Below are positions 29,353 to 39,711 of a stretch of 64,000 nt of DNA, one piece after another. The notes below the pieces were generated by a model. That model was not told the DNA's origin. It was given only the letters and a program-made list of their open reading frames with translations, and ran no database searches. Source of the stretch: an uncultured Bacteroidota bacterium (GTDB taxonomy: Bacteria; Bacteroidota; Bacteroidia; Chitinophagales; Chitinophagaceae); assembly GCA_903853805.1 (NCBI GenBank), contig CAINUN010000103.1, forward strand, positions 5,243 through 69,242, read 5' to 3'. Numbering within the stretch: the stretch's first letter is position 1; the number at the start of each line of letters is the position of its first letter. Position numbers and translations under genes: made by a program.

Positions 29353-30471
29353 TCAAATTTCAATCGTTGGTTTCCATTTCATTGTATATCTTTTACCCTT
29401 GTTGATAAATGGAATTTCTACTAAATAATGTAATGCAGTTGCAGTAATTATTGTTAATGCAGAACATACAACCATCATTACAAGAAAAGCAATTTTTTCA
29501 TTAGGAAAACAGGAAACAATACGCACCCAATAATCATAAATTGCCGATACGATTACCCAATGTAAAAGATAAATTCCATAAGAGATTTTACCAAGGAACA
29601 ACAATATCGGATGCTCTAAAAATTGCTGTGCTTTTCTTGAATGAATTATAAACACTAAGAAAACAAAAGAAGCAATTGCTGTGAAAACGAAAAAATCAAG
29701 CTGAAATAAATTGAGTAAATATTTCAAACTACCTCCCAATGGGAAAATGGCGTCAATATGCCTTATGGAATACATCAATACTGCACTAATCAAGATGATG
29801 AGTCTGAAACGATACCATTTTGTTTGTTTGAATTCAGGAGATTGAATTTCCTTAAAATAAACACTTACCAACATACCAAGTGCAAATGGCAATACATATA
29901 TTCCAAGCAAATTGCTCATCAAAAATGTGCTGAAAACAAACCAAATGATAAGCCGCTTGTTTTTAAAAACCATTGAAATAAGAAATGGTATGAAGAATGA
30001 CATCACCATTTCCACCGTAAGTGTCCAATCCAATCCAAGAAATTTTGAACGTCCTTTTATCAACAGAGCTTCTTCCCAAAACTGACTATTATTTTCAATT
30101 AGTAAATGATATAAAGTAGATAAAGGACTTTGCATCAAATCATGCCTCATCCAATAAAGCGAATTCAACAATAAAGCAATCAAAAATGCTGGGTAAATCC
30201 TAAAAATTCTATTGATGTAAAACTTGCCCACATCAAGTTTCTTGTTTCCCTGCAAATATGGAAATGCTAACACAAATCCACTCAACACAAAGAAAAATGA
30301 AACCGCATCAGAGCCATTGAAAATGAAATGAAACAACTTCACAGATAACTTTTCGGGGTATTTCCATCCAACATAATGATAGCACATCACCATGCAAGCT
30401 GCAATGCCTCTAGCTGCATCCAAATACCCAAATCGTTGTGTAGGGTTGTCATTTTTTTTAAAGGCATTCAT
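29353..30471 (-). CDS. acyltransferase family 3 integral membrane protein
   Basis: YLDAARGIAACMVMCYHY is the N-terminal motif. The rest is a multi-pass hydrophobic profile throughout. Confidence 0.8.
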   Translation of the reverse strand: MNAFKKNDNPTQRFGYLDAARGIAACMVMCYHYVGWKYPEKLSVKLFHFIFNGSDAVSFFFVLSGFVLAFPYLQGNKKLDVGKFYINRIFRIYPAFLIALLLNSLYWMRHDLMQSPLSTLYHLLIENNSQFWEEALLIKGRSKFLGLDWTLTVEMVMSFFIPFLISMVFKNKRLIIWFVFSTFLMSNLLGIYVLPFALGMLVSVYFKEIQSPEFKQTKWYRFRLIILISAVLMYSIRHIDAIFPLGGSLKYLLNLFQLDFFVFTAIASFVFLVFIIHSRKAQQFLEHPILLFLGKISYGIYLLHWVIVSAIYDYWVRIVSCFPNEKIAFLVMMVVCSALTIITATALHYLVEIPFINKGKRYTMKWKPTIEI

Positions 30472-30533
30472 GCGCTACTTTTCAAAATTGTAAAAACGTC
30501 AAAAGTAGTTTTCCCTCTTAAAGAAACAAGTGA

Positions 30534-31793
30534 TCATTCTTTTACAAACTTCCCTTTGTATTCTTTTCCATCTTTTTCAATAATTAGAAAATATACACCT
30601 GATGCAAGTTGTTCTGTAGTAATAATCATTTCACTATCGTTGATGCGAGGTGAAACATTCATACTCTTTCCTTCAACATTAGTAACAATAATAGAACTCG
30701 TATTTTTCCAACTACCCACTATCTTCATTTCATTGCTAACAGGGTTTGGATAAATAGCAATGACAGTATTGCTTGTCTCATGAATTCCTGTTGAAGTAAC
30801 CGTAACTGATTTAATGGTAGTGTCTAATTTCCCACATTTAGATGCAATCAATCTTACCTGATAAGTGCCACTTGCTGCATAGATATGAACCGTGTTGGTT
30901 TGAGTTGAAGTATTCCCATCGCCAAAATTCCAAGCATAAGTAGTAGCAAATTGTGAGTTGTTTGTAAAACTAACTTGTAGATTGGCAATGGTGTTAAATT
31001 GAAAATCGGCATTAGGCAAAAACTTCCCAATATTCCAATACGCAAGACTGTCATAAGCAACCGCTTTTGCAGCAGTTCTTACAGCTTGTGCATCGTTTGC
31101 GGCAAGCGTGTAGTTGTAGGAAATATTCATAGGATTCTTTTGAAAAATGATAGCATAAAAACCACACCCAATAGCATAAGTACCTGCTTCCGAAGGATGA
31201 CTTTCATCTGATTGATACAACTCTATCGTAGGATTGTTTGTTCTTAGTTTTCTCCAAATAGGACCAGCCGGTGCAACAAGCCCGTGGTTATCATTTGCCA
31301 TCATCAAATAACGTTCTCTTAAAAGACTGTCCATACCAAGATAAGTACACACAGGTGGCCAAGAACCACAATTAGATGCATCCCCGTTCTTTCTTCCCCA
31401 AGTCATGTAAAACAAAGTCTTGGCACAAGGACTTGAAACATGAATCAAACTATCGAGCAAATGTGCATAAGGCAACACATCTGTTTGCACTTGACCTATA
31501 GGAAACGAAGGAGCTTGACTTTGTTCTTGCAACACCACAAAATCCCAATTGCCAGCAGCTATTTTTGTCAACGTTGTTACATCAACAGAATGGTCCATCA
31601 AGCGATAACCACCAACGGCATTGGCATCAAAAACTAAAGTGTCGCCCGTTGAAGCAGCAATGTCGGCAACTACTTGTGGAAGGTTATTGACATAAACATA
31701 GCTATTGCCAATGAACAATACTTTTTTGGTAGCTGCTATCGAAGAAAAAGAAAAAGCACAAAGAAGGAGAACGCTTGAAAGATAAGTTTTCAT
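30534..31793 (-). CDS. SGNH/DUF4886-like hydrolase plus PKD domain plus T9SS CTD
   Basis: Signal peptide; KKVLFIGNSYVYVNNLP (SGNH block I-like); PKD motif YAWNFGDGNTS...GTYQVRLIA; CTD IYPNPVSNEMKI...GVYFLIIEKDGKEYKGKFVKE. Confidence 0.7.
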   Translation of the reverse strand: MKTYLSSVLLLCAFSFSSIAATKKVLFIGNSYVYVNNLPQVVADIAASTGDTLVFDANAVGGYRLMDHSVDVTTLTKIAAGNWDFVVLQEQSQAPSFPIGQVQTDVLPYAHLLDSLIHVSSPCAKTLFYMTWGRKNGDASNCGSWPPVCTYLGMDSLLRERYLMMANDNHGLVAPAGPIWRKLRTNNPTIELYQSDESHPSEAGTYAIGCGFYAIIFQKNPMNISYNYTLAANDAQAVRTAAKAVAYDSLAYWNIGKFLPNADFQFNTIANLQVSFTNNSQFATTYAWNFGDGNTSTQTNTVHIYAASGTYQVRLIASKCGKLDTTIKSVTVTSTGIHETSNTVIAIYPNPVSNEMKIVGSWKNTSSIIVTNVEGKSMNVSPRINDSEMIITTEQLASGVYFLIIEKDGKEYKGKFVKE

Positions 31794-32010
31794 GGCGCAA
31801 AATTAAGGAATGTAAAAAAATGAATGGAATGTATTTACCACAGCATGCTGAAAAACGACTAAGACGGAAAGCTTTTGATATTAGTTGGTCATACCGCCTA
31901 TTTTACATGTCATTATAACAACATGCTACATCATTTATGCAATGAAGTTTTTCAATTTTACGATGTCCTATATCAATACTCTAACTATTAAGCATAGTGT
32001 TTTACATAAA

Positions 32011-32050
32011 AAGAAAAGGCTGTCTCGTTTATTTTGAGACAGCCTTTTTT
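32011..32050 (-). terminator. intrinsic terminator after htrA
   Basis: aaaaggctgtctc (32014-32026) pairs with gagacagcctttt (32036-32048). T-rich on the minus strand downstream. Confidence 0.6.
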
Positions 32051-32069
32051 ACTTAAGTGCTTCTATACT

Positions 32070-33566
32070 TTATTGCCTCGAAAGGTCTAAACCATAATAA
32101 TACATCCCACGATTACCAGGGTAAAACCCTGCTATTTGAACCTTATTATTATTGGCAGAAACAGCTTGTTGAATATCATCGGCATTATTCACTGGTTTGT
32201 CGTCAATATTTGTAATGACAAAGCCTTTTTTGATTCCAGTTTGGCGTGCAATGATACCTTCGCTAATATCTGTCACCACAACACCATTTTGAATACCAAA
32301 CTTTCTTTTTTCATCTGCATTCAGAGGTCTAAGAGTGGCGCCTAACATCAAATTGGCAGCATCTTTTTTAAGAATAGAAGTAGTACCATTTACGTTTTTA
32401 AGCTCCACATTAGTTTGGCTTGTTTTGCCATCGCGGATGTAGGAAATGCTTACGTGGTCGCCAGGTTTGTAATGTGCTACTTGTTCCAACAATTCGGTTT
32501 CAGTGCGTACAGGAATGTTGTTGATTCGGGTAATAAAATCCCCCCTTTTCAATCCAGCTTCTTTAGCACCGCTATTGTCCATGATTTCTGCAGCATAAAC
32601 ACCATCGGTTTTGTCGGCACCTAGTTCTTTTAATTGTTGCTCGTTGAGGTTATTTCTATCCAACAAGCCAATGCCGAGGTAAGCGCGTTGCACCGCACCA
32701 TATTTAATCAAGTCGTTTACCACCTTCTTTACTATGTTGGCAGGAATTGCGTAAGAGTAGCCTGCATAAGAACCTGTTGGCGAAGCAATAGCCGAATTGA
32801 TACCAATCAACTGACCTGAAGTATTGACTAAAGCACCACCACTATTGCCGGGATTTACCGCAGCATCAGTTTGAATAAAGGATTCAACGGCTGAAGGAGA
32901 CTGTGTGCGATTGATGCCTATAGACCGACTTTTAGCGCTGACAATGCCTGCGGTAACGGTAGCATCGAGTGTCAAAGGATAACCCACAGCAAGCACCCAT
33001 TGTCCCAATTTTACATCATCAGAATTGCCAAACTCCATGTAAGGAAGATTGGTTTCATCTACCTTCAATACCGCAATATCTGCCGATGCATCTTTGGCAA
33101 CAATCTTTGCCGTTTTAGTATATCGGTCGTTAAAGGTTACCGTTACTTCATCTGCATTAGAAACAACGTGGTAATTGGTAACAATATAGCCATCGGGTGA
33201 GATAACCACTCCAGAACCAGAACCTGTTTGAGGTGGAATGAATCCTTGACGACGACCAAACAACTGACCAAAGAAATCATCCCCAAAAAAAGGGTCTTGA
33301 TACAATACAGTTCTGCCTTTGATTTGTGTTTTGATATGTACCACAGCTTGCACAGATGATTCCGCAGCATTTTGAAAATCAGCGGGTGGCGGAGTACGCA
33401 ATCCATCACCGTTATTGGCGGTAAAATGTGTGTAATTGACCGGAAGTGGGTCTTCACTAAAAAAGTGATTGGATTGAAATTTTGCTGCCAAATAAATGGT
33501 GGTCACCGATGTGAAAGCAGCAGTAATGATTACGGGAAGCAATTTGAATTTCATAGGTGTTTTCAT
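32070..33566 (-). CDS. htrA: HtrA/DegP/DegQ-family periplasmic serine protease with PDZ domains
   Basis: Trypsin-like domain with GNSGGALV around the catalytic Ser (TNYHV His region, DIAVLK Asp region), followed by two PDZ-like segments. Confidence 0.85.
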   Translation of the reverse strand: MKTPMKFKLLPVIITAAFTSVTTIYLAAKFQSNHFFSEDPLPVNYTHFTANNGDGLRTPPPADFQNAAESSVQAVVHIKTQIKGRTVLYQDPFFGDDFFGQLFGRRQGFIPPQTGSGSGVVISPDGYIVTNYHVVSNADEVTVTFNDRYTKTAKIVAKDASADIAVLKVDETNLPYMEFGNSDDVKLGQWVLAVGYPLTLDATVTAGIVSAKSRSIGINRTQSPSAVESFIQTDAAVNPGNSGGALVNTSGQLIGINSAIASPTGSYAGYSYAIPANIVKKVVNDLIKYGAVQRAYLGIGLLDRNNLNEQQLKELGADKTDGVYAAEIMDNSGAKEAGLKRGDFITRINNIPVRTETELLEQVAHYKPGDHVSISYIRDGKTSQTNVELKNVNGTTSILKKDAANLMLGATLRPLNADEKRKFGIQNGVVVTDISEGIIARQTGIKKGFVITNIDDKPVNNADDIQQAVSANNNKVQIAGFYPGNRGMYYYGLDLSRQ

Positions 33567-33684
33567 TTTTTGAAATTCAAAATTATTATCCGAGTTTTTA
33601 GAAAACTGTTAAATGAATTAAAGTGATGAATTGAAGCAAGAGATTTAACAGATTTAAAAACAATTTCGCTATTGATAAACGATA

Positions 33685-34518
33685 CTAAATAGTTTCAATT
33701 TTCACTGAAGTCATTGTCAAAGAACCTCCAACTGCTTTATCATTAAAGAATTTCAAACGCTCCTTTTTTTCTTTTAAAGCAAGAACATACAGCAATGGCA
33801 AGTAATGCTCAGGAGTAGGGATTGAAAGCTGAAAAGCTTTACCCTGTTTTGTATAGTTAATAAGAGATTGATGATCATCATCTAAAATGAATTCTTTCAT
33901 TTTTTGACTAGCCTCAAAAGCCCATTCATATCCATAATCATTAGCGTTTAGTTTGTCCCATGCAATCATTCCAAGATTGTGAACCATATTACCACTCCCT
34001 ATAATTAATACTCCTTTATTTCTTAGTGAGTTTAATTCTTTTGCCAAATCATAATGGTATTGAGGTGGTTTTGTATAATCGAGACTCAATTGAATAACAG
34101 GGACATTTGCTTGAGGATACAAATGCTTAATGACAGACCATGCACCGTGATCTAGTCCCCATTTTTCATCTAAATCAATTGAAGTAATTGAAACTAATTC
34201 CTTTGTTTCCTTCGCCAAATATGGACTTCCAAGTACAGGATATTGAACATCGTAAAGCGCCTTAGGAAATCCACTAAAATCATGTATGGTTCTAGGAGAT
34301 TCCATTGCGGTTACTAAGGTCCCTTGTGTTTCCCAATGAGCTGAAATGCAAAGTATAGCATTTGGTTTAGGGATATTTTTACCAGCATTTCTAAATCCTT
34401 GAACAAATTCATTCTCTTCAATGGCATTCATTGGACTTCCATGCCCAAGAAAAAGAAGAGGCATTCTTTCTGATTTATTGAAAGAATTAATAAAATGGTT
34501 GAGTTCATTTAATCTCAT
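33685..34518 (-). CDS. ygiD: class III extradiol dioxygenase (4,5-DOPA dioxygenase/YgiD-like)
   Basis: MPLLFLGHGSPMNA...ISAHW...GSGNMVHNL are YgiD/LigB-family motifs. Confidence 0.8.
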   Translation of the reverse strand: MRLNELNHFINSFNKSERMPLLFLGHGSPMNAIEENEFVQGFRNAGKNIPKPNAILCISAHWETQGTLVTAMESPRTIHDFSGFPKALYDVQYPVLGSPYLAKETKELVSITSIDLDEKWGLDHGAWSVIKHLYPQANVPVIQLSLDYTKPPQYHYDLAKELNSLRNKGVLIIGSGNMVHNLGMIAWDKLNANDYGYEWAFEASQKMKEFILDDDHQSLINYTKQGKAFQLSIPTPEHYLPLLYVLALKEKKERLKFFNDKAVGGSLTMTSVKIETI

Positions 34519-34750
34519 AGCGGAAGAAACAAAAGGTAATGGAATAATTGATGTAAGAAATTACTTACGATTCATAGTTTTCAAATGTAAGGTTCTATAC
34601 AATATATTGTATACAAACAAAGTAACACCGGAAGAATATTCCGTTTTTCGGAAAACACAATAATACAGGATAAGTCTTATAGTATTGATTTCCAAATGAT
34701 TAGATTTTTGGCACTGCTTTAGACAAGAGATTATCAAACAAAAACCAAAA

Positions 34751-35191
34751 ATGGAGCATTTCAAAAACCTAAACATTCACTTGATTGAGGAGAACAAAAT
34801 TTCAAGAGAGCGATTTTTAACTTATCTCCGCGATATGGGCTTCAGCAACATATCAACTTTTAATTGTGGTAAAGAATGTATGTTATCATTAAACGAAAGA
34901 CCTGAAGTTATTATTATGAGCCAGGGTGCAGAGGCATGGGAAAGCCTTATCTATTTAAAAAAAATAAAAGAAATTAACCCTGATATCTACGTAATTTTTG
35001 TAGCAGACAAAAAAGACACTAGTGTGCCAGTTAGTGCACAAAATTTTGGTGCATTCGACTATTTTTTCAAAGGATATCAACTTGAATCCATGTTGCATAT
35101 TTCTATGCAAAAAGTACTTGACGTAATTAGACTTTTAAATTTTACACCAGTAAAATCAAGAATGAGTTTTATGTCTTTTTATACACTTTAA
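34751..35191 (+). CDS. stand-alone receiver-like (pseudo-receiver) domain protein
   Basis: CheY-like alternating pattern. The beta1 acidic pair is EE(N) (HLIEENK). The beta3 phospho-acceptor position reads VIIMSQG, not D. The beta5 Lys is kept (DYFFKG). Confidence 0.55.
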   Translation: MEHFKNLNIHLIEENKISRERFLTYLRDMGFSNISTFNCGKECMLSLNERPEVIIMSQGAEAWESLIYLKKIKEINPDIYVIFVADKKDTSVPVSAQNFGAFDYFFKGYQLESMLHISMQKVLDVIRLLNFTPVKSRMSFMSFYTL

Positions 35192-35245
35192 AAGCTAGAC
35201 AAGTAAATAATATAAAAACTGTATTTATAGACCACATATATTCAT

Positions 35246-35279
35246 TAAAAAAGTGCTGAAAATACTCAGCACTTTTTTA
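35246..35279. terminator. bidirectional terminator between convergent genes
   Basis: aaaaaagtgctgaaaatactcagcactttttt: stem agtgctga/tcagcact. Confidence 0.6.
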
Positions 35280-35293
35280 ATGTCAAAAAATAT

Positions 35294-35674
35294 TTACATC
35301 CACTTTGAGGCGAACTTATTGAAATCATGTCTTAACTCATGAATCGTTTTTTCTTCTTGAATAAATTGGTCACGAAGTTCTTCGTGTTCGTTAAACAAAT
35401 CTCTTTCTACAAAACCATCATTTGCTGCTGCTTGGTCTGCTGCATGATGAAGAAATGAACGGATATTGTGTGAAAGTGTGTCAATATTAGTTTGTTGAAT
35501 TTTAAACTGATTTTCAAAATGATCTAACTGAATAGGAATGTCTTCCTTAGAACCTTGTTTTGCGAGTTCTGTAAGCCTTTCTTTTAACAACACTATTTGT
35601 TCTTTGTAAAAAGCAAGGGAGCGAACCCAATCTCTGTGTTCGTTATTGAGGTGTTTATTACTTACTTTGTCCAT
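35294..35674 (-). CDS. hypothetical helical protein
   Basis: A clean 126-aa ORF that is His/Glu-rich (HRDW...HF...HH...HE...H). I recognise no family. Confidence 0.5.
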   Translation of the reverse strand: MDKVSNKHLNNEHRDWVRSLAFYKEQIVLLKERLTELAKQGSKEDIPIQLDHFENQFKIQQTNIDTLSHNIRSFLHHAADQAAANDGFVERDLFNEHEELRDQFIQEEKTIHELRHDFNKFASKWM

Positions 35675-35778
35675 GACCGTTAATTTTCAGTAAAAATATT
35701 CATTCTAGCCTTTGAAAACAAATGATTATCGTCAACTTTTAGGATGATTACACCTCATGTTTTTTTTTGGAATAAAAA

Positions 35779-37935
35779 TTATAATCTCCATTTGACAGAT
35801 AAGTTAATTGCTCTTCCGTCAATAGGTGCCCATAGTTTATGAAACTCAGGGTTGCCAATACTTCCACTGTAAATTTTCCCATAATTACTTTGCCTAAAAT
35901 CAAGTAAATTCTCAGCATTCAACACAAAAGAATAGTGCCCAAAATTGTATTGAAACATTGCAGCGAGTAAGAGGTAATCTTTCACAGGTTTATAGTGCTC
36001 ATCCAATTGACTTGCAATAAATGAACTTTCAATACCAACACGCCATTGCTCGTCATGTTCATAAACAAGTACTGAAGAAAAATTGTGCTTTGCTGTAGTT
36101 GGCATGGTAAAATTTGTGCTGTCATATCGTTTCTCCACATCCGTAAAAACATAGCTGAAATAAAACTCCAATTCCTCGTATTTCAATCGGATATAGGTTT
36201 GTAATCCTTTGGTGAGTAAAGGTTTTGAAGCGTTGTTTAATCCCAAAAAATTGGAAGTGGTTGTTGTGTCAAAAACAGGATTGAGAATTAGGGTGTAGAA
36301 GAATGATTGATTTAAAGTGAGATGAAGTTTGTTGCTGAACAGCTTGTCAAAATTCAAGTCGGTATTAAATCCTCTTGAAAGTTCGGTGTTGAGTTGTGTG
36401 TTGGAAGGCAAATGGTTTAGGTCTGTTTCGGGATTTACGTAAGAAATGAGTATCGGAGTTTTGTAGCCGAACCCTCCATTCAATCTTACCGAAAGTGGTT
36501 TGCTAAACTTATACATGAAAGACAACCTTGGTAAAAAGATGCTACCAAATTTTGAGTGAAAATCGTTTCTTATACCTGACTCAATAAGGAATTTATTTGT
36601 TGCCTTAAAGGTGTTTTGAAGAAAGAAGCCAAGAGTTTGATAATTGTAATTATTCAAGTTTTGCAAGGATGGCGATTGATTCTTAAACACATCACCATTA
36701 ACGTTGACACCGCCCACCCAATCTGTAGTTGTTGATGTATGTAAGTAAGAAACTTCAGAGTAATAAATGGTTTGAATCGCATTGAAGTCATAGTAATTCG
36801 TTCCCATTTTTTGATTCAAAAAACTGCTACTGAATTTCACAATAAGGTTATCTTTTGAAGGAAATACATAGTTCCATTTTGCATCAGCATTGTGCCTTTG
36901 CATGTAGCTGCTTACATGGTATAAACTATCACTTGCAGATGATGAGAAAAAATTCATGTTGCCTCCTTTTCTGCTTTCGAAAATGCTTGAATAATTAAGG
37001 GTGAGTGTGGAATGAGGATTGAAGTAAAAAACAAATTTTGGATGAACAACTGTAGCATCTATAAAAGGCACATCACTCAATCCATCTTTGTCCACATCAG
37101 CTTGTTTTTGGTAAGTATGTGCTGCAAAAAAAGTCACTCCAAATTTTTTAAACCGTTGAGAAAAATAGCCATTGGTGTTTGTTTCATTGAGTGAAGTTTG
37201 GTTGAGTGTAAAACTCAATTCTTTTTTAAAGCTTGGTTCTTTACTCACCAAATTAATGACACCACCAATCGCATCTCCACCATAAAGTGTAGAGGCAGAG
37301 CCTTTGATGATTTCAATTTGTTTTAAATCAAGCGGTGGAATCTGTAGAATACCCAAACTGCCGGAAAGCCCACCAAACAAAGGCATTCCATCTTTTAAGA
37401 GTTGAGAATAGCGTCCATTCAATCCTTGAATTCTTGCAAAAGTATTCCCGCTACTTGCGGATACCTGTTGCATTTGTACACCCGCCATATCGCCTAAGAT
37501 GCTCATGATGTTTCCCGGCTTGATGCCATTCTCTTCATTCATTTCATCCAAACCTAAAACCTCCACTCGCGTCGGAATATCTTCAATGCCGGAGTGGGTG
37601 CGCATAGAAGTAACCAACACTTCTTCTACTTCGTTTTGAAGCGGAGCTAGTAGTATTTCTAAACTGTCTTTAGTTGAAAATTTCCCAGTAATATCTTTTG
37701 ATTCAAATCCTATATACTGAACATGAATAGTTGTCAAACTACTTTGGGTAAGCAATAATTTCGCTCTTCCATTTTCATTGGTAACCGTTCCATTCTTCGT
37801 GCCTTTTTCAGCAACAGTAGCGCCAATTAATAGTTCCTGATTGCTACTGTCTTTCACAATTACTATCAATGTCTTTTGTGCGAATGCTGTAATAACATGA
37901 AGTACAAAAAGAATACTCAGTCCTAAATATTTCAT
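35779..37935 (-). CDS. TonB-dependent receptor with an N-terminal carboxypeptidase-regulatory-like domain
   Basis: Signal peptide; CarbopepD_reg-like start (TLIVIVKDSSNQELLIGATV); plug motifs (IEIIKGSASTLYGGDAIGGVINL); C-terminal beta-barrel ending in ...LSVKWRL. Confidence 0.85.
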   Translation of the reverse strand: MKYLGLSILFVLHVITAFAQKTLIVIVKDSSNQELLIGATVAEKGTKNGTVTNENGRAKLLLTQSSLTTIHVQYIGFESKDITGKFSTKDSLEILLAPLQNEVEEVLVTSMRTHSGIEDIPTRVEVLGLDEMNEENGIKPGNIMSILGDMAGVQMQQVSASSGNTFARIQGLNGRYSQLLKDGMPLFGGLSGSLGILQIPPLDLKQIEIIKGSASTLYGGDAIGGVINLVSKEPSFKKELSFTLNQTSLNETNTNGYFSQRFKKFGVTFFAAHTYQKQADVDKDGLSDVPFIDATVVHPKFVFYFNPHSTLTLNYSSIFESRKGGNMNFFSSSASDSLYHVSSYMQRHNADAKWNYVFPSKDNLIVKFSSSFLNQKMGTNYYDFNAIQTIYYSEVSYLHTSTTTDWVGGVNVNGDVFKNQSPSLQNLNNYNYQTLGFFLQNTFKATNKFLIESGIRNDFHSKFGSIFLPRLSFMYKFSKPLSVRLNGGFGYKTPILISYVNPETDLNHLPSNTQLNTELSRGFNTDLNFDKLFSNKLHLTLNQSFFYTLILNPVFDTTTTSNFLGLNNASKPLLTKGLQTYIRLKYEELEFYFSYVFTDVEKRYDSTNFTMPTTAKHNFSSVLVYEHDEQWRVGIESSFIASQLDEHYKPVKDYLLLAAMFQYNFGHYSFVLNAENLLDFRQSNYGKIYSGSIGNPEFHKLWAPIDGRAINLSVKWRL

Positions 37936-37946
37936 AGTTCTAAAAA

Positions 37947-39611
37947 TCAGTAACGCAGTAAAAAGTCTTTTGAAAATTCTACATCAAAGGTTCGTTTCCA
38001 TGGAATGCTTTGCCAATTTGTTGTTGGTTGAATAACTGCTTTCTTTTTTCCAGATTGAATGGGAATGTTCAACGTAAATCCATCTACAGCATCAACAAAT
38101 CGGAAATAAAGTTTCTTGTGTTTCACATACCAATCTAGCCCAGGAATGTTGGTCGTACGCAAGTATTGATTGAACAGAGGACTAAAATCGATACCTGCAA
38201 ATTGGCTGATATACTTTTCTACTGCGGCGCTTGTCACTATTTTATGATAGAAGTCTTTATTCAATCCTCTCAGTAATTGTCTGAATTTTTCATCGTCGTT
38301 CATCATCATGCGAATCATGTGCATCACTGCACTGCCTTTGTCATATTTATCGCTGCTGCCTTCATCGTTCACGCCGTAATTGCCAATCACGTTGCTGTTG
38401 TTGCGAATATTATTCCATTCACCTCGTGTGAAGGCAAATGCTTTTTCTTTTCCAAATGCGTATTCTGCAAACAAGGCTTCGCTGTACGTCGTCATGCCTT
38501 CATGAATCCAATTATCAGCAACGTCTTGTGCAGTAATGTTGTTGCCGAACCATTCATGCCCGCTTTCATGAACAATGATGTAGTCGAACAACAGCCCTAC
38601 CCCACTTCCGCTTCTATCGCTGCCGAGATAACCCATTTTATATTGGTTGCCATAAGCCACGGCGCTTTGGTGTTCCATGCCAAGATAAGGTGCTTCTACG
38701 AGTTTGTAGCCATCTTCGTAAAAAGGATAAGGACCCATCCAATATTCAAAGCAATGCAGCATTTGCTTCACTACTTTAAAATGTTCCCGCGCAATTTGTT
38801 CATGATAGCGAAGCACAGAAAATGTCAAATCCAATTTCCCTTTTTCACCCATCAAGGTATCAGTCCAAGTAACATAATCACCGGCGTAGAAAGTGACATT
38901 ATAAGTGTTGATAGGGTTTGAAATATTGCCACTTGGTGAAGTAACAAGTTTGGTTAAAATATTCCCGTTCGTAGGGTCTTCAACCTGAACGGTATCAATA
39001 AATTCCTTTCCGTTTGAAATATAAAAGCCAAGTGGTGAATTCAAAACGAATTGAACCCCATTATCCGGTTCATCTCCCTGATAATCTTTACATGGCCACC
39101 AACTGCTTGCACCCAAACCCTGACAAGCCACAGCTACCCAAGGTTTTCCAGTGCTGTCTTTGGTCCAAATAAAACCACCATCCCAAGGCGGATTTTTTGC
39201 ATTGCGTGGCTTGCCGCTGTAATTAATTTCTATCGTTTGTTCAGCGCCTATTGTCAAGTTCTTTGAAGGTATTTTTAACCAATAAACCTTGCCTTCTCTC
39301 ACAAAAGAAATCGGCGTGATGACCTCTTCATGAATCCAATTAACATGGTTGATCTCTAATTCTTCCTGCAAATCAATCTGCATCGAATCATTCCCCGATT
39401 GCAAGACTTTAAACAATAGGGTATTGGTTCCCGAAATCATATGCGTGGCAGTATCCATCGAAATATTCAGGGCATAATGCTGCACATCCCACCAACTCCT
39501 TCCGCTGCCATTGCTGCCCCGCAAACTATCTTGGCGGGAAGATGCAAAGGCATTGCTTGCTACAAACAAACAACTGATGTGAAGAAAAAACAGGAGTAAG
39601 ACTTTTTTCAT
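37947..39611 (-). CDS. M1-family metallo-aminopeptidase (secreted)
   Basis: GMEHQ exopeptidase motif and HESGHEWFGN...E zinc site; signal peptide. The ATG at 39611 is preferred over the TTG at 39620. Confidence 0.85.
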   Translation of the reverse strand: MKKVLLLFFLHISCLFVASNAFASSRQDSLRGSNGSGRSWWDVQHYALNISMDTATHMISGTNTLLFKVLQSGNDSMQIDLQEELEINHVNWIHEEVITPISFVREGKVYWLKIPSKNLTIGAEQTIEINYSGKPRNAKNPPWDGGFIWTKDSTGKPWVAVACQGLGASSWWPCKDYQGDEPDNGVQFVLNSPLGFYISNGKEFIDTVQVEDPTNGNILTKLVTSPSGNISNPINTYNVTFYAGDYVTWTDTLMGEKGKLDLTFSVLRYHEQIAREHFKVVKQMLHCFEYWMGPYPFYEDGYKLVEAPYLGMEHQSAVAYGNQYKMGYLGSDRSGSGVGLLFDYIIVHESGHEWFGNNITAQDVADNWIHEGMTTYSEALFAEYAFGKEKAFAFTRGEWNNIRNNSNVIGNYGVNDEGSSDKYDKGSAVMHMIRMMMNDDEKFRQLLRGLNKDFYHKIVTSAAVEKYISQFAGIDFSPLFNQYLRTTNIPGLDWYVKHKKLYFRFVDAVDGFTLNIPIQSGKKKAVIQPTTNWQSIPWKRTFDVEFSKDFLLRY

Positions 39612-39652
39612 AATCTCCAAAATTAACTCAAATCGAAATCCTTCAACCTCAA

Positions 39653-39684
39653 TAAAAAAAGCTGCCTTAATAAGCAGCTCTTTT
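39653..39684 (-). terminator. intrinsic terminator after osmC
   Basis: Stem agctgc (39660-39665) pairs with gcagct (39674-39679). T-run on the minus strand. Confidence 0.45.
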
Positions 39685-39711
39685 ACTTTTTACGTTTACC
39701 TATTTATTAGA

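Noticed and set aside
38277-38921. 214-aa ORF antisense to the M1 aminopeptidase gene. Similar long antisense or alternative-frame ORFs are 5832..6332, 47232..47660, 49919..50407, 59139..59486, 15810..16019 and 17331..17552
   Set aside because: These are shadow ORFs inside genes that have strong family signatures on the other strand or frame. Their products are low-complexity or unrecognisable.
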